NCBI GenBank assembly: GCA_965240465.1
Contig: OZ251219.1
Coordinates: forward strand, 768,001 to 832,000
Source of the DNA: a bacterium
Lineage (GTDB): Bacteria > SAR324 > JACQKK01
Direction of reading: 5' to 3'
DNA length: 64,000 bases
Part shown: piece by piece, positions 21,906 to 31,993 of the stretch
How the letters are laid out: each line of letters begins with the position of its first letter
Numbering within the stretch: position 1 is the first letter of the stretch
Notes under the pieces: model-generated
What the model was told of the DNA's origin: nothing
What the model saw: the letters and a program-made list of their open reading frames with translations, nothing else
The model's database searches: none
Made by a program: the position numbers and the translations under genes

Positions 21906-22676
21906 TCAGCGGACTATAATCCTCATGGACTGCAGAATGGCATCCATGTATTCTACATCCTGAAAATTAATCTTGAAAATTTCTGGAGTGCCCTTTACCC
22001 TATTGACTTGCATTGCATCTCGGTAAAGTTCGTAATCTTGAACTCTAATATAAGTCAGGTGGACGGATTTTGATTTTCCGACAAAGGTGACTCTCTTGTT
22101 GGTCAGATAAAAAGTACCGCTGGATACCTCATGCAAGAAGCCATCATCATAATAGGGGATGGTATTAATTTTGTCCACCCGCAGACGCACTAAGGAAGAA
22201 GCACTCCTAGAACCAAAGTGCCCTCCAACAAAGCCGCTATTTTTGCGAAACCGGCGCAATTGTAGCCAAGTGGCGTAACAGAAGTGGTAGCAAACTTCAC
22301 CTGGGGAGAGGTTTATATCTGCTTCTACTGGTTCGGGGGTGAATTCGCCGTAATTTTCCAGCTCCCATAAGCGGCGACCTATTTTCAGCTCGTCTTCTAA
22401 AAATGAATTGATACGCAAATTGCGTTCTAGACGCTTGAGTTCTTTTTCATCGTAGGGGCTAAAGCGGTTGGAATCGCGAATCCGCTTCAGGATTGGTTGG
22501 ATCGCTTCATCAAAATACTCACTGATCAATTCTTCTACATATTCATCTTCAATGCCCAACTCGGCCTGCATATTCTTGATATGCAGAATCTCCTCATTAG
22601 TCAAAATGCCATCGGCAAGGGCATTCATGACCTCTCTTTTTATCTCGCGTTTTTTGAAATAGTTTGAAACAGGCAT
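21906..22676 (-). CDS. Hypothetical protein with probable C-terminal bacterial PH-like domain
   Basis: 256-aa ORF; L.PGE.C and SGTFYLTNKRVTFVG patterns. Confidence 0.6.
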   Translation of the reverse strand: MPVSNYFKKREIKREVMNALADGILTNEEILHIKNMQAELGIEDEYVEELISEYFDEAIQPILKRIRDSNRFSPYDEKELKRLERNLRINSFLEDELKIGRRLWELENYGEFTPEPVEADINLSPGEVCYHFCYATWLQLRRFRKNSGFVGGHFGSRSASSLVRLRVDKINTIPYYDDGFLHEVSSGTFYLTNKRVTFVGKSKSVHLTYIRVQDYELYRDAMQVNRVKGTPEIFKINFQDVEYMDAILQSMRIIVR

Positions 22677-23019
22677 ATCATGTTCCTCATTGATACTTTA
22701 CGGTGCAACCCTAGCATAACATTTATAAGATCAAAAGATAACGCTTATCTATTCAAGAATAATGCAAAACACAGCTCTAAGGCAGTAAAAAAGTACAATC
22801 ACTTTCTCACCACCAAACTGGATACTCTCACATCACCACAATTTTTAACAATAATCAAGGTCTAAGTGTAACATTAGATCAGCATTTTGTACCCGCAATA
22901 GGTAAATCAACACCTAAGCGATGTCGCTTGTATCATGTGACTTATGTGATTTATGAAGTTTCTCAACTAAATTATCACAGTTCCTTTGCAACCTGTTTTT
23001 GAATATCATAACAGATGAT

Positions 23020-23092
23020 GCCCATGTAGCTCAGTTGGTAGAGCAGCACATTCGTAACGTGCAGGTCGTCGGTTCAATTCCGACCGTGGGCT
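23020..23092 (+). tRNA. tRNA-Thr(CGT)
   Basis: GCCCATGTAGCTCAGTTGGTAGAGCAGCACATT-CGT-AACGTGC...GTTCAATTCC...GTGGGCT; no encoded CCA. Confidence 0.93.
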
Positions 23093-23176
23093 TTCGTGTT
23101 TATCGTGCAAAGTTTATCGTGCAAAGTTTATTGCGCGAGGGCAGTCTATCTTTGGTGTGTATAGGATGTGAGAATG

Positions 23177-23229
23177 GTCATGAGCTGGGGTCATGAGCTG
23201 GGGTCATGAGCTGGAGTCATGAGCTGGAG
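23177..23229. repeat. 13-nt tandem repeat (GTCATGAGCTGGG) x4 overlapping the msrB stop
   Basis: Read directly; the last copy is the 3' end of msrB. A 14-nt repeat (TTTATCGTGCAAAG) also lies at ~23098-23131. Confidence 0.9.
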
Positions 23230-23678
23230 TCAAGTTTCAGGGAGGCAGAATTGATGCAATATCGTTTTCCGCTGGGGGGCGGTCCGTCAGGAAAGACGTG
23301 TCCTAAATGGGCATCACAGCGGGCACAGCAGACTTCAGTTCGCGCCATCGGTCCTGGTCCATCGCTTTTGGTGGTTAGATGATCAGGGTGGCTGGGTTCC
23401 CAAAAACTAGGCCAGCCTGTGCTGGAATCGTATTTCTTTTGAGAGCGAAATAAAGACAACCCGCAACAGATGCACTGATAATCCCCCGATTTTTTTTCCT
23501 TCCAATAAGCTCCAGTAAAAGGTCTTTCAGTACCGGCTTCTCTGGTGATGTGGTACTGTTCTTTTGTCAATTGCTGACGCCATTCTGGCTCTGTTTTTTT
23601 GACTTTAGACAATGAAGCAGGCATGTCTTTTGGATCAGACATGTTTTTTGGAGCAGGCATGTTTTTTGGAGCAGGCAT
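23217..23678 (-). CDS. msrB: Peptide-methionine (R)-S-oxide reductase
   Basis: GTERPFTG, C..CG, KYDSSTGWPSF, HLGHVF.DGP and RYCINSASL motifs. Confidence 0.97.
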   Translation of the reverse strand: MPAPKNMPAPKNMSDPKDMPASLSKVKKTEPEWRQQLTKEQYHITREAGTERPFTGAYWKEKKSGDYQCICCGLSLFRSQKKYDSSTGWPSFWEPSHPDHLTTKSDGPGPMARTEVCCARCDAHLGHVFPDGPPPSGKRYCINSASLKLDSSS

Positions 23679-23735
23679 GAAGATTCTCTTAAAAATACGG
23701 TGAATATAAAATAAGAACCAGCGGAATCATCAGAA

Positions 23736-23809
23736 TAGCAGGAGAGAGATTTGAACTCCCGACCTCACGATTATGAATCGTGCGCTCTTACCAACTGAGC
23801 TACCCTGCC
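23736..23809 (-). tRNA. tRNA-Met(CAT), elongator type
   Basis: Reverse complement GGCAGGGTAGCTCAGTTGGTAAGAGCGCACGATT-CAT-AATCGTG...TTCAAATC...CCTGCTA; no encoded CCA. Confidence 0.88.
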
Positions 23810-23915
23810 AGATCAGCCTGGCCGCATGATAGTTCAAGTAATAGATAGTTTGCCAGTTTTAATGTGTTTCTGTCAAAAATTACAAGAATATACTCCTCAT
23901 ATTTTGCTGTAATTT

Positions 23916-24938
23916 ATGTCCTTTATCAACCCGATGCGTTTATTGGCTGTAGTAGGTCCCACCGCTAGTGGCAAGAGTCAATTGGCAGCCAGCTTGGCAG
24001 CCGACTTAAATGCAGAAGTGGTCGGCGCGGATGCGGTACAATGCTATCGTCAGGCTAAGATCGGGGCCGCTCAGCCCTCTGATGCAACTAGAGCTCGGGT
24101 GGTGCATCATTTGGTGGGTTTCTTGCCCTCGGGGACACCTTACTCGGCTGGTAAATATGCCGAACAGGCTCGGGAATTGATTATCAATCTATGCAGCAAA
24201 GGAAAAACAGTGGTCTTGTGCGGGGGATCGGGCTTATATCTGGATGCCCTACTGCGAGGGTTTTCTCCTCTGCCGAGCATACCAGCGGTTATTCGTAGTC
24301 GGGTGAGTGCAACACTTCAGCCCCTTAGCAATCAAGAGTGCCACGCACTGCTGCAAAGCAAAGACCCCGTCATAGCTCGGGTAACTAACCCTGCCGACCG
24401 TCAAAGAATAGCCCGAGCACTAGAAGTAGTCCTAGCTAGTGGAACCCCCTTAAGTGAATACCAAACCCAACCCAAAATACCTCTGCCAGCCACAATCCTA
24501 GCATTCGGCATCAGCTGGCAACGAGCAGAACTATACCAACGAATCGCCAAACGAACTCACTCCATGCTGGCAAATGGACTCCTAAAGGAAACCCGAGAAA
24601 TACTCAATAGCGGTTGCTGCCCCAGTAGTCCGCCCCTGAACGCAGTAGGATACCAACAGGCACTCAGCTGCATCAAAGGAGAACTAAACCACACCGAACT
24701 CCCAAATCTCATCATTAAGCGCACCCGTCAACTCGCCAAACGACAACTCACCTGGCTCAGACATCACGGCTTTGGAGATCCTGAAAAACCCGCTCTCTAT
24801 CAAGACCAACAGCTATCTCTATCCACTCATTGGCTACCTCCTCCACCATTTCTTGCTCCTCCACCCCAGACCCCAAAAAATAACCACTCCCTGCCCGAAA
24901 ATATTATCTCCCTAGCTCGGAAATTCTTAAAGGGCTGA
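23916..24938 (+). CDS. miaA: tRNA dimethylallyltransferase
   Basis: GPTASGKS, D..Q.Y, HHL, GGSGLY, QRIARALEV and TRQLAKRQLTW motifs. Confidence 0.95.
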   Translation: MSFINPMRLLAVVGPTASGKSQLAASLAADLNAEVVGADAVQCYRQAKIGAAQPSDATRARVVHHLVGFLPSGTPYSAGKYAEQARELIINLCSKGKTVVLCGGSGLYLDALLRGFSPLPSIPAVIRSRVSATLQPLSNQECHALLQSKDPVIARVTNPADRQRIARALEVVLASGTPLSEYQTQPKIPLPATILAFGISWQRAELYQRIAKRTHSMLANGLLKETREILNSGCCPSSPPLNAVGYQQALSCIKGELNHTELPNLIIKRTRQLAKRQLTWLRHHGFGDPEKPALYQDQQLSLSTHWLPPPPFLAPPPQTPKNNHSLPENIISLARKFLKG

Positions 24939-25026
24939 TCTTAAAGGGCTGATGGCACCAGCAATCGCTATTCAGGCTTATCTCTATAAGCAGACTTAGC
25001 TAAAAGTTGCCGTCTGGAGTAGATTA

Positions 25027-25075
25027 AATTACACTGAGAATTGCACTGAGAATTGCACTGAGAATTGCACTGAGA
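25027..25075. repeat. 12-nt tandem repeat (ATTGCACTGAGA) x4
   Basis: Read directly, immediately before the 25077 ATG. Confidence 0.9.
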
Positions 25076-25076
25076 C

Positions 25077-25565
25077 ATGTTTCTACTCGATAACCTTGCC
25101 ATGAACAAGAATTCCTACCAAGATCCTCCCCAATCCTCGGCTGAACCCGCACCAACAACCGAAACCGTCGCTCACCCGAACGTGCAAACGATCGGTATTC
25201 AAAACTTCAGCATCTTTAGCACCTCTCAGCAACAGGGCCTGTGGAGACTCCATTTCATTTGGGGCAAAAAGGATTTTTGCCTCTTCTTGCAGCCCCAAGA
25301 AAGTGTGCGTCAAAGCAATAGCTTGGCGGTACTCGGTAACAATGATAAATTGCTCCTCACAGTCACCAGATTACAATACCTGCGTGGATTCCAGTGGTAT
25401 GACTACCACAAAGTAAGTCTCCATAACCTAGCCTATGAAGAAATTTGCTGGAAGCTGGAAGGATTAAAACACTATGTTGAACTACCCAAAGATTTCTTGG
25501 ATATGGCTATAGAACTGGCTTGTCGGGCATTTGATCTGCGTCGCATCAGTACTGATACCTCTTGA
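25077..25565 (+). CDS. Hypothetical protein
   Basis: 162-aa ORF with no recognised motif; its TGA stop lies within the TTGACT of the first array junction element. Confidence 0.6.
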   Translation: MFLLDNLAMNKNSYQDPPQSSAEPAPTTETVAHPNVQTIGIQNFSIFSTSQQQGLWRLHFIWGKKDFCLFLQPQESVRQSNSLAVLGNNDKLLLTVTRLQYLRGFQWYDYHKVSLHNLAYEEICWKLEGLKHYVELPKDFLDMAIELACRAFDLRRISTDTS

Positions 25566-25591
25566 CTTCTTGCCTCCTCGGGTGCTATCTT
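25562..25591 (+). promoter_or_regulatory. Repeated sigma70-like promoter of the lipoprotein array (copy 1 of 7)
   Basis: TTGACT-N18-TATCTT with extended TG. Homologous copies have their -35 at 28863, 31768, 31925, 34954, 38629 and 42347. Confidence 0.6.
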
Positions 25592-25685
25592 GGGGGCTGG
25601 TACTTTCATGCATTCTAACTAGGGTTGCCCAAAACTAGGGTTGCCCAAAACGTAGGACTGCCCAAGTCCTGCAACAGGATTACCC

Positions 25686-28600
25686 ATGCAAAGATTATCA
25701 CTCCTTTCGGCTTGTATTTTCGCTCTATTTTTAGCTAGCTGCGGGGGGAGCGGGGGCGGGGGTGGAGCTATTGACACTACTGATACCGATTCCGATGGCG
25801 TCCCCGACAGCAAGGATTTGTGCAAAAATAGCCTTGAGGAGAACTTCATCAGCAGTAGCACCACCGACGCCGACAAGGACGGTTGCAAAGATGACGACCC
25901 TAACGGAGAAGACAAAGATGGTGGCACTGGTGATGACGAAGATAATGATGGCATTTTTGGCACTGACACGAATAACACTGAGCTTGATAAGTGCGAGAAC
26001 GGCGACAAAGGCTGGACGAGCATAAGCACTAGCACTGACCCTGCTGTAACTATCACCGACTACGATGGCGACGGTTGTCGGGATGCTGGCGAGGATACCG
26101 ATGACGACAATGATGGCGTGCTTGATGTTAATGATAGCTGTGACAGGGGTGTTACTGGTTGGAGGAGTGATGGTAGCACCGACCGCGATTCTGATGGCTG
26201 TAAAGATGATAATGACGAAGACCAAGATGGTGGTGATGGCAGTGATGAAGATAATGATGGCAAGGTAGGTGATGATGATAAATGTCCGCAGGGTGACACT
26301 AATTGGACGAGCGGAAGCGACACCGACTATGATTCCGATGGTTGTCGGGATGCTGGCGAGGATACCGATGACGACAATGATAGCGTGCTTGATGTTAATG
26401 ATAGCTGTGACAGGGGTGTTACTGGTTGGAGGAGTGATGGTAGCACCGACCGCGATTCTGATGGCTGTAAAGATGATAATGACGAAGACCAAGATGGTGG
26501 TGATGGCAGTGATGAAGATAATGATGGCATTTTTGGCACTGACACCAATGGCATTGAGCTTGATAAGTGCGAGAACGGCGACAAAGGCTGGACGAGCATA
26601 AGCACTAGCACTGACCCTGCTGTAACTATCACTGACCATGACAGCGATGGTTGTCGGGATGCTGGCGAGGATACCGATGACGACAATGACGGGGTAGACG
26701 ATGTTAATGCAGAGGGCGAGGAGCTAGACGAATGCCCCAGAGGCAATTTTTTCACCAGCATAAGCACTGGCGATAACACCACCGACAACGATTCTGACGG
26801 TTGCGAGGATGACAGCACTGAAGACACTGATGACGACAATGATGGCAAAGCTGATGCTGAGGATAGCTGTCCCGAAGGTAACACAGGTTGGCTCAGCACC
26901 ACTGACGCCACCACTGGCACTGACAAAGATGATGACGGTTGCCGAGATGAGGGGGGCGAGGACAAAGATGATGGTGATGGCAGTGATGAAGATAATGATG
27001 GTATTTCTGGCACTGACGCCAATAGCATTGAGCTTGATAAGTGCGAAGACGGCGACAAAGGCTGGACGAGCAATGACCAAACCGACAACGACAGCGATGG
27101 TTGTCGGGATGCTGGCGAGGATCCCGATGACGACAATGACACCATCCTAGACGTCACCGACGTGGATGACGACAACAACGGTCTAATAGAAATTGCCACT
27201 GCTGAGGAGCTAATCAACATCCGCCACGATCTGGACGGCACTCACTATAATGATGGCAGTAATTCATCTAATGCGGGCTGTCCTACTACTACCACTCCCG
27301 TAGGTTGCAAGGGCTATGAACTAGCTCAAGACATCAAATTAGCAGACCTAACTGGCTCTGACACTAAAAACTGGGATCCCGTTGCGGGGGATTTTACCGC
27401 TACCTTAGAAGGCAATGATTACATCATCACTAACCTGATCATTGCCACCGACGCTACCACCCGATACACGGGCTTTTTTGCGGTTTTGGGTGCGAATAGC
27501 ATAGTCAAAAACTTGTCCTTGGAAGGTTTAGCTACCAGTAGCTACCTTACTGGCAGTAGCCAAGCCCCCAACTATGTAGGGGGTTTAGCGGGCAGTAGTA
27601 ACGGAACAATATCCAATGTTTCTGGGCCCTCCTCGGTCTCTGCTGGCACTGGCGACTATGACTATGTAGGTGGCTTGGTAGGTTATAATACTGGCACCAT
27701 CGATAATAGCTCTGCCACTGGCTCTGCCACTGGCGGTGCTGGTGCTAATGACTCGGTGGGCGGCTTGGTAGGTTATAATACTGGCACCATCGATAATAGC
27801 TCTGCCACCGGCAATGTTAATAGCAATGGGGATGGTGACTCGGTGGGCGGCTTGGTAGGTTATAATACTGGCACCATCGGTAATAGCCATGCCACTGGCA
27901 CTGTTACTGGCGGTGCAGGTAGCGAATCTTTGGGCGGCTTGGTAGGTTATAATAAGACTGGCACCATCGGTAATAGCCATGCCACTGGCACTGTTACTGG
28001 CAATGGGGGTAGTGACGCGGTGGGCGGCTTGGTAGGTTATAATACTGGCACCATCGGAAATAGCCATGCCACTGGAAACGCCACTGCTGGTGATGGTTAT
28101 AGGACTCGAGTGGGCGGCTTAGTGGGTAATAGTACTGGTGCCCAAATCCAAAATAGCTATGCCACCGGAAACGCCACTGCTGGTGCTGGTGCTGAAGGCT
28201 TTGTAGGCGGCTTGGTGGGTTATTCTGGTAACGACAGAAAGATCCAAAATAGCTATGCTACTGGTTCTGCTGATGGCGGTGCTGGTGATGATGACAGTGT
28301 AGGTGGCTTGGTGGGATATGCTAGTTCTGGAATACTCATTAACAATTATTCCACAGGCAATGTTTATGGTGGTGCTGGTGATGATCAGGTAGGTGGTTTG
28401 CTGGGATATGCTTCTAATGTATTCATAATCAAGAACAGCTATTCATTAGGTACTGTTACTGGGGGAGCTGGTGCCGATAAAATTGGCATCTTGATGGGCG
28501 TTAGAAATATTGGGGGACAGACACTTCCAATTACTGGCAACTATTATGATATTGCTAGTGAAAAACTGGTTTCCGATGCTAATGATACCGTATTAACCCT

Positions 28601-28847
28601 TAGCGATACTGAGGCTATTGGCAAAACCCTTACCCAACTAAAAGAGCTGGATGCCCCCACCACCGCTACTGAATTTAGTACGGGCTGGGATGACTACGAC
28701 TGGGCTTTTGGTACAGACCAACAATACCCCAGCCTAAAGTCTTATCTGTACGTCCTTAATGGTAGCAGACATATCCAAATTAATGGCAAGTTACTCTGCG
28801 GGCAATTACCCGAAGCTGACTTCGTTCAGTGTACTCCTACGCCTTAG
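25686..28847 (+). CDS. Surface lipoprotein 1 (1053 aa): TSP3-like Asp-rich repeats plus GLUG-type repeat head
   Basis: Lipobox MQRLSLLSACIFALFLAS-C19, D.D.DGC.D repeats, VGGLVG.N.GTI.NS.ATG repeats, C-terminal LLCGQLPEADFVQCTPTP. Confidence 0.9.
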   Translation: MQRLSLLSACIFALFLASCGGSGGGGGAIDTTDTDSDGVPDSKDLCKNSLEENFISSSTTDADKDGCKDDDPNGEDKDGGTGDDEDNDGIFGTDTNNTELDKCENGDKGWTSISTSTDPAVTITDYDGDGCRDAGEDTDDDNDGVLDVNDSCDRGVTGWRSDGSTDRDSDGCKDDNDEDQDGGDGSDEDNDGKVGDDDKCPQGDTNWTSGSDTDYDSDGCRDAGEDTDDDNDSVLDVNDSCDRGVTGWRSDGSTDRDSDGCKDDNDEDQDGGDGSDEDNDGIFGTDTNGIELDKCENGDKGWTSISTSTDPAVTITDHDSDGCRDAGEDTDDDNDGVDDVNAEGEELDECPRGNFFTSISTGDNTTDNDSDGCEDDSTEDTDDDNDGKADAEDSCPEGNTGWLSTTDATTGTDKDDDGCRDEGGEDKDDGDGSDEDNDGISGTDANSIELDKCEDGDKGWTSNDQTDNDSDGCRDAGEDPDDDNDTILDVTDVDDDNNGLIEIATAEELINIRHDLDGTHYNDGSNSSNAGCPTTTTPVGCKGYELAQDIKLADLTGSDTKNWDPVAGDFTATLEGNDYIITNLIIATDATTRYTGFFAVLGANSIVKNLSLEGLATSSYLTGSSQAPNYVGGLAGSSNGTISNVSGPSSVSAGTGDYDYVGGLVGYNTGTIDNSSATGSATGGAGANDSVGGLVGYNTGTIDNSSATGNVNSNGDGDSVGGLVGYNTGTIGNSHATGTVTGGAGSESLGGLVGYNKTGTIGNSHATGTVTGNGGSDAVGGLVGYNTGTIGNSHATGNATAGDGYRTRVGGLVGNSTGAQIQNSYATGNATAGAGAEGFVGGLVGYSGNDRKIQNSYATGSADGGAGDDDSVGGLVGYASSGILINNYSTGNVYGGAGDDQVGGLLGYASNVFIIKNSYSLGTVTGGAGADKIGILMGVRNIGGQTLPITGNYYDIASEKLVSDANDTVLTLSDTEAIGKTLTQLKELDAPTTATEFSTGWDDYDWAFGTDQQYPSLKSYLYVLNGSRHIQINGKLLCGQLPEADFVQCTPTP

Positions 28848-28932
28848 GATGGACTTTACCTCTTGACTTCTTGCCTCCTCGGGTGTTACGGTGGGGGCTG
28901 GTACTTTCACGCATTCTGACATAGAACTTTCC

Positions 28933-31752
28933 ATGAAAAGATTATCACTACTTTCGGCTTGTATTTTCGCTCTATTTTTAGCTAGCTGCGGGGGGAGCGG
29001 GGGTGGGGGGCCTGCTGATGCCGATTCCGATGGCGTCCCCGACAGCAAGGATCTGTGCAAAAATAGCCTTGACGAGAACTTCATCAGCAGTAGCACCACC
29101 GACGCCGACAAGGACGGTTGCGAGGACAGTACCGAAGACCAAGATGGTGGCACTGGTGATGACGAAGATAATGATGGCATTTTTGGCACTGACACGAATG
29201 ACACTGAGCTTGATAAGTGCGAGAACGGCGACAAAGGCTGGACGAGCATAAGCACTAGCACTGACCCTGCTGTAACTATCACCGACCATGATTCCGATGG
29301 TTGTCGGGATGATGGCGAGGATACCGATGACGACAATGATAGCGTGCTTGATATTAATGATAGCTGTCCCAGGGGTGACAAAGGTTGGACCAGCACCACT
29401 GACGCCACCACTGGCACTGACAAAGATAATGATGGTTGTCAGGATGCTAGCGAAGACCAAGATAATGGTGATGGCAGTGACGAAGATAATGATGGCATTT
29501 TTGGCACTGACACGAATGACACTGAGCTTGATAAGTGCGAGAACGGCGACAAAGGCTGGACGAGCAATGGTGACACCGACCATGATTCCGATGGTTGTCG
29601 GGATGATGGCGAGGATACCAATGACGACAATGATAGCGTGCTTGATGTTAATGATAGCTGTCCCAGGGGTGACAAAGGTTGGATCAGCACCACTGACGCC
29701 ACCACTGGCACTGACAAAGATAATGATGGTTGTCAGGATGCTAGCGAAGACCAAGATAATGGTGATGGCAGTGACGAAGATAATGATGGTATTTATGGCG
29801 ACGACCCCGCTACCAGAACTGAGCGTGATAAGTGTGAAGACGGCGACAAAGGCTGGACGAGCATAAGCACTAGCACTGACCCTGCTGTAACTATCACCGA
29901 CTACGATGGCGATGGTTGTCGGGATGCTGGCGAGGATACCGATGACGACAATGACGGGGTAGACGATGTTGATGCAGAGGGCGAGGAGCTAGACAAATGC
30001 CAAAAAGGCAATTTTTTCACCAGCGATGACACCACCGACCATGATGGCGACGGTTGCAAAGATGACGACCCTGATGGAGAAGACGATGATGACGACAATG
30101 ATGGGGTCCCCGATGTTGATCCAGACGGCGACACTACCAAAGATGACAGATGCCCAAAAGGCAAGTTATTCACCAGCATCAGCACTGGCGATAACATCAA
30201 CGACCTTGATGGCGACGGCTGCCGAGACTCAGACGAGGACAAAGATGACGATAACGACACCATCCTAGATACCGATGACGTGGATGACGACAACGATGGT
30301 CTAATAGATATTGCCACTGCTGAGGAGCTAATCAACATCCGCCGTAATTTGGAAGGCACTCATTATAATGATGGCAATAGTTCATCTAACACAGGCTGTC
30401 CCAGCACGGGTTGCAAGGGCTATGAACTAGCTCAGGACATCAGATTAGCAGATCTAACTGGCTCTGCCACTAAAAACTGGGATCCTGTTGTGGGGGATTT
30501 TACCGCTACCTTAGAAGGCAATGGCAATACCATCGGAAACCTTATCATGGCTAGTAATATCCAAACCATGGGATTTTTTGCGGTATTGGATGGGACAGTC
30601 CAAAACTTGTCCTTTGTAGAAGGTTCAGTTACCAGTACGTACAGTGGCAGTAACTCTAACCCCAGCAATATAGGGGTTCTGGTAGGCAAAAATTATGGAA
30701 CAATATCGGGTGTTTCTACGGGGATCTCGGTTGTTGCCAGCCCAGGTTCCAACTATGTGGGTGGCTTGGTGGGTTATGTTGGTACTAATGGCACCATTCA
30801 AAATAGCTATGCCACTGGCAATATTACTGGCGGTGATGGTGATGACAATGTAGGCGGCTTGGTGGGTTATGTTGGTGATAGTAGTAGTGTCATTATTCAA
30901 AATAGCTATGCCACTGGCAATATTACTGGCGGTGCTGGTGATGACCAGATAGGCGGCTTGGTGGGTTCTGTTGGTAATAGTAGTGTCATTATTCAAAATA
31001 GCTATGCCACTGGCAATATTACTGGCGGTGCTGGTAATGACAAGGTAGGCGGCTTGGTGGGTATTTTTGATGGCATCATTCAAAATGTCTATGCCACTGG
31101 CACTGCTAATGGCGGTGCTGGTGATGACCAAGTAGGCGGCTTGGTGGGTACTTTGCGTGGCACCGTCGGAAATAGCTATGCCACTGGCACCGCTAATGGC
31201 GGTGCTGATGATGACAATGTAGGCGGCTTGGTGGGATATGCTGATAATAAGTACTTTCCTGTAACCCTTCAGAACAGTTATTCCTTAGGCGATGTGAATG
31301 GGGGCGAGGGAGACGATGAAGTGGGACGCTTGCTTGGTAAAAAAGGTACTGAGACTGAGACAATTACAATTGTCAGCAACTATTACAATAGTGGTAGTAA
31401 CCTAAACTTCGTTACTGGCGAGGATACCGAACTAACCCTTCTAGGTACCGAGGCGGTTGGCAAAACCAGCGACCAGCTGAAAGCCATCAATCTGGATCCC
31501 CCCGATAATCTGGCTGCTTGCGAAGCAGCTGGGGGAACTTGGGATGGTACTGCATCATCATGTACTTCTGGTAATCTAGCTGGCTGGAACGCTTTCAACT
31601 GGGAATTCCAAGCTGGCTTCTATCCCACCCTCAAGTCTTGTGAGACTACCATTGATACCAGCACCCCCCCCGTGATCACCCAAATTGATGGCAACTTACT
31701 CTGCGGGCAATTACCCGTAGCTGACTTCGTTCAGTGTACTCCTACGCCTTAG
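28933..31752 (+). CDS. Surface lipoprotein 2 (939 aa), paralogue
   Basis: Start placed at the ATG of MKRLSLLSACIFALFLASC; same architecture and C-terminal tail. Confidence 0.9.
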   Translation: MKRLSLLSACIFALFLASCGGSGGGGPADADSDGVPDSKDLCKNSLDENFISSSTTDADKDGCEDSTEDQDGGTGDDEDNDGIFGTDTNDTELDKCENGDKGWTSISTSTDPAVTITDHDSDGCRDDGEDTDDDNDSVLDINDSCPRGDKGWTSTTDATTGTDKDNDGCQDASEDQDNGDGSDEDNDGIFGTDTNDTELDKCENGDKGWTSNGDTDHDSDGCRDDGEDTNDDNDSVLDVNDSCPRGDKGWISTTDATTGTDKDNDGCQDASEDQDNGDGSDEDNDGIYGDDPATRTERDKCEDGDKGWTSISTSTDPAVTITDYDGDGCRDAGEDTDDDNDGVDDVDAEGEELDKCQKGNFFTSDDTTDHDGDGCKDDDPDGEDDDDDNDGVPDVDPDGDTTKDDRCPKGKLFTSISTGDNINDLDGDGCRDSDEDKDDDNDTILDTDDVDDDNDGLIDIATAEELINIRRNLEGTHYNDGNSSSNTGCPSTGCKGYELAQDIRLADLTGSATKNWDPVVGDFTATLEGNGNTIGNLIMASNIQTMGFFAVLDGTVQNLSFVEGSVTSTYSGSNSNPSNIGVLVGKNYGTISGVSTGISVVASPGSNYVGGLVGYVGTNGTIQNSYATGNITGGDGDDNVGGLVGYVGDSSSVIIQNSYATGNITGGAGDDQIGGLVGSVGNSSVIIQNSYATGNITGGAGNDKVGGLVGIFDGIIQNVYATGTANGGAGDDQVGGLVGTLRGTVGNSYATGTANGGADDDNVGGLVGYADNKYFPVTLQNSYSLGDVNGGEGDDEVGRLLGKKGTETETITIVSNYYNSGSNLNFVTGEDTELTLLGTEAVGKTSDQLKAINLDPPDNLAACEAAGGTWDGTASSCTSGNLAGWNAFNWEFQAGFYPTLKSCETTIDTSTPPVITQIDGNLLCGQLPVADFVQCTPTP

Positions 31753-31836
31753 GATGAACTTTACCTCTTGACTCTTGCATACTTGGGTACTATCTCGGGG
31801 GCTGGTGCTTTCAGGCATTCTGACATAGGACTTTCC

Positions 31837-31909
31837 GTACAAAGATTATCACTACTTTCGGCTTGTATTTTCGCTCTCCGATTTCGTTCAGTGTACTCCT
31901 ACGCCTTAG
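31837..31909 (+). pseudogene. Collapsed ('empty') lipoprotein cassette
   Basis: The first ~14 signal-peptide codons (start mutated to GTA) are fused directly to the conserved last ~9 codons (TTCGTTCAGTGTACTCCTACGCCTTAG), behind a full junction element. Confidence 0.85.
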
Positions 31910-31993
31910 GATGAACTTTACTTCTTGACTCTTGCCTCCTTGGGTGCTATCTTAGGGGCTGGCACTTTTACACATTCTAACATAGGACTTTTC

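Noticed and set aside
25741-25765. Poly-G phase-variation tracts after the lipobox
   Set aside because: Runs are only 5-7 G, encode Gly linkers, and all six genes are in frame, so there is no evidence of switching.
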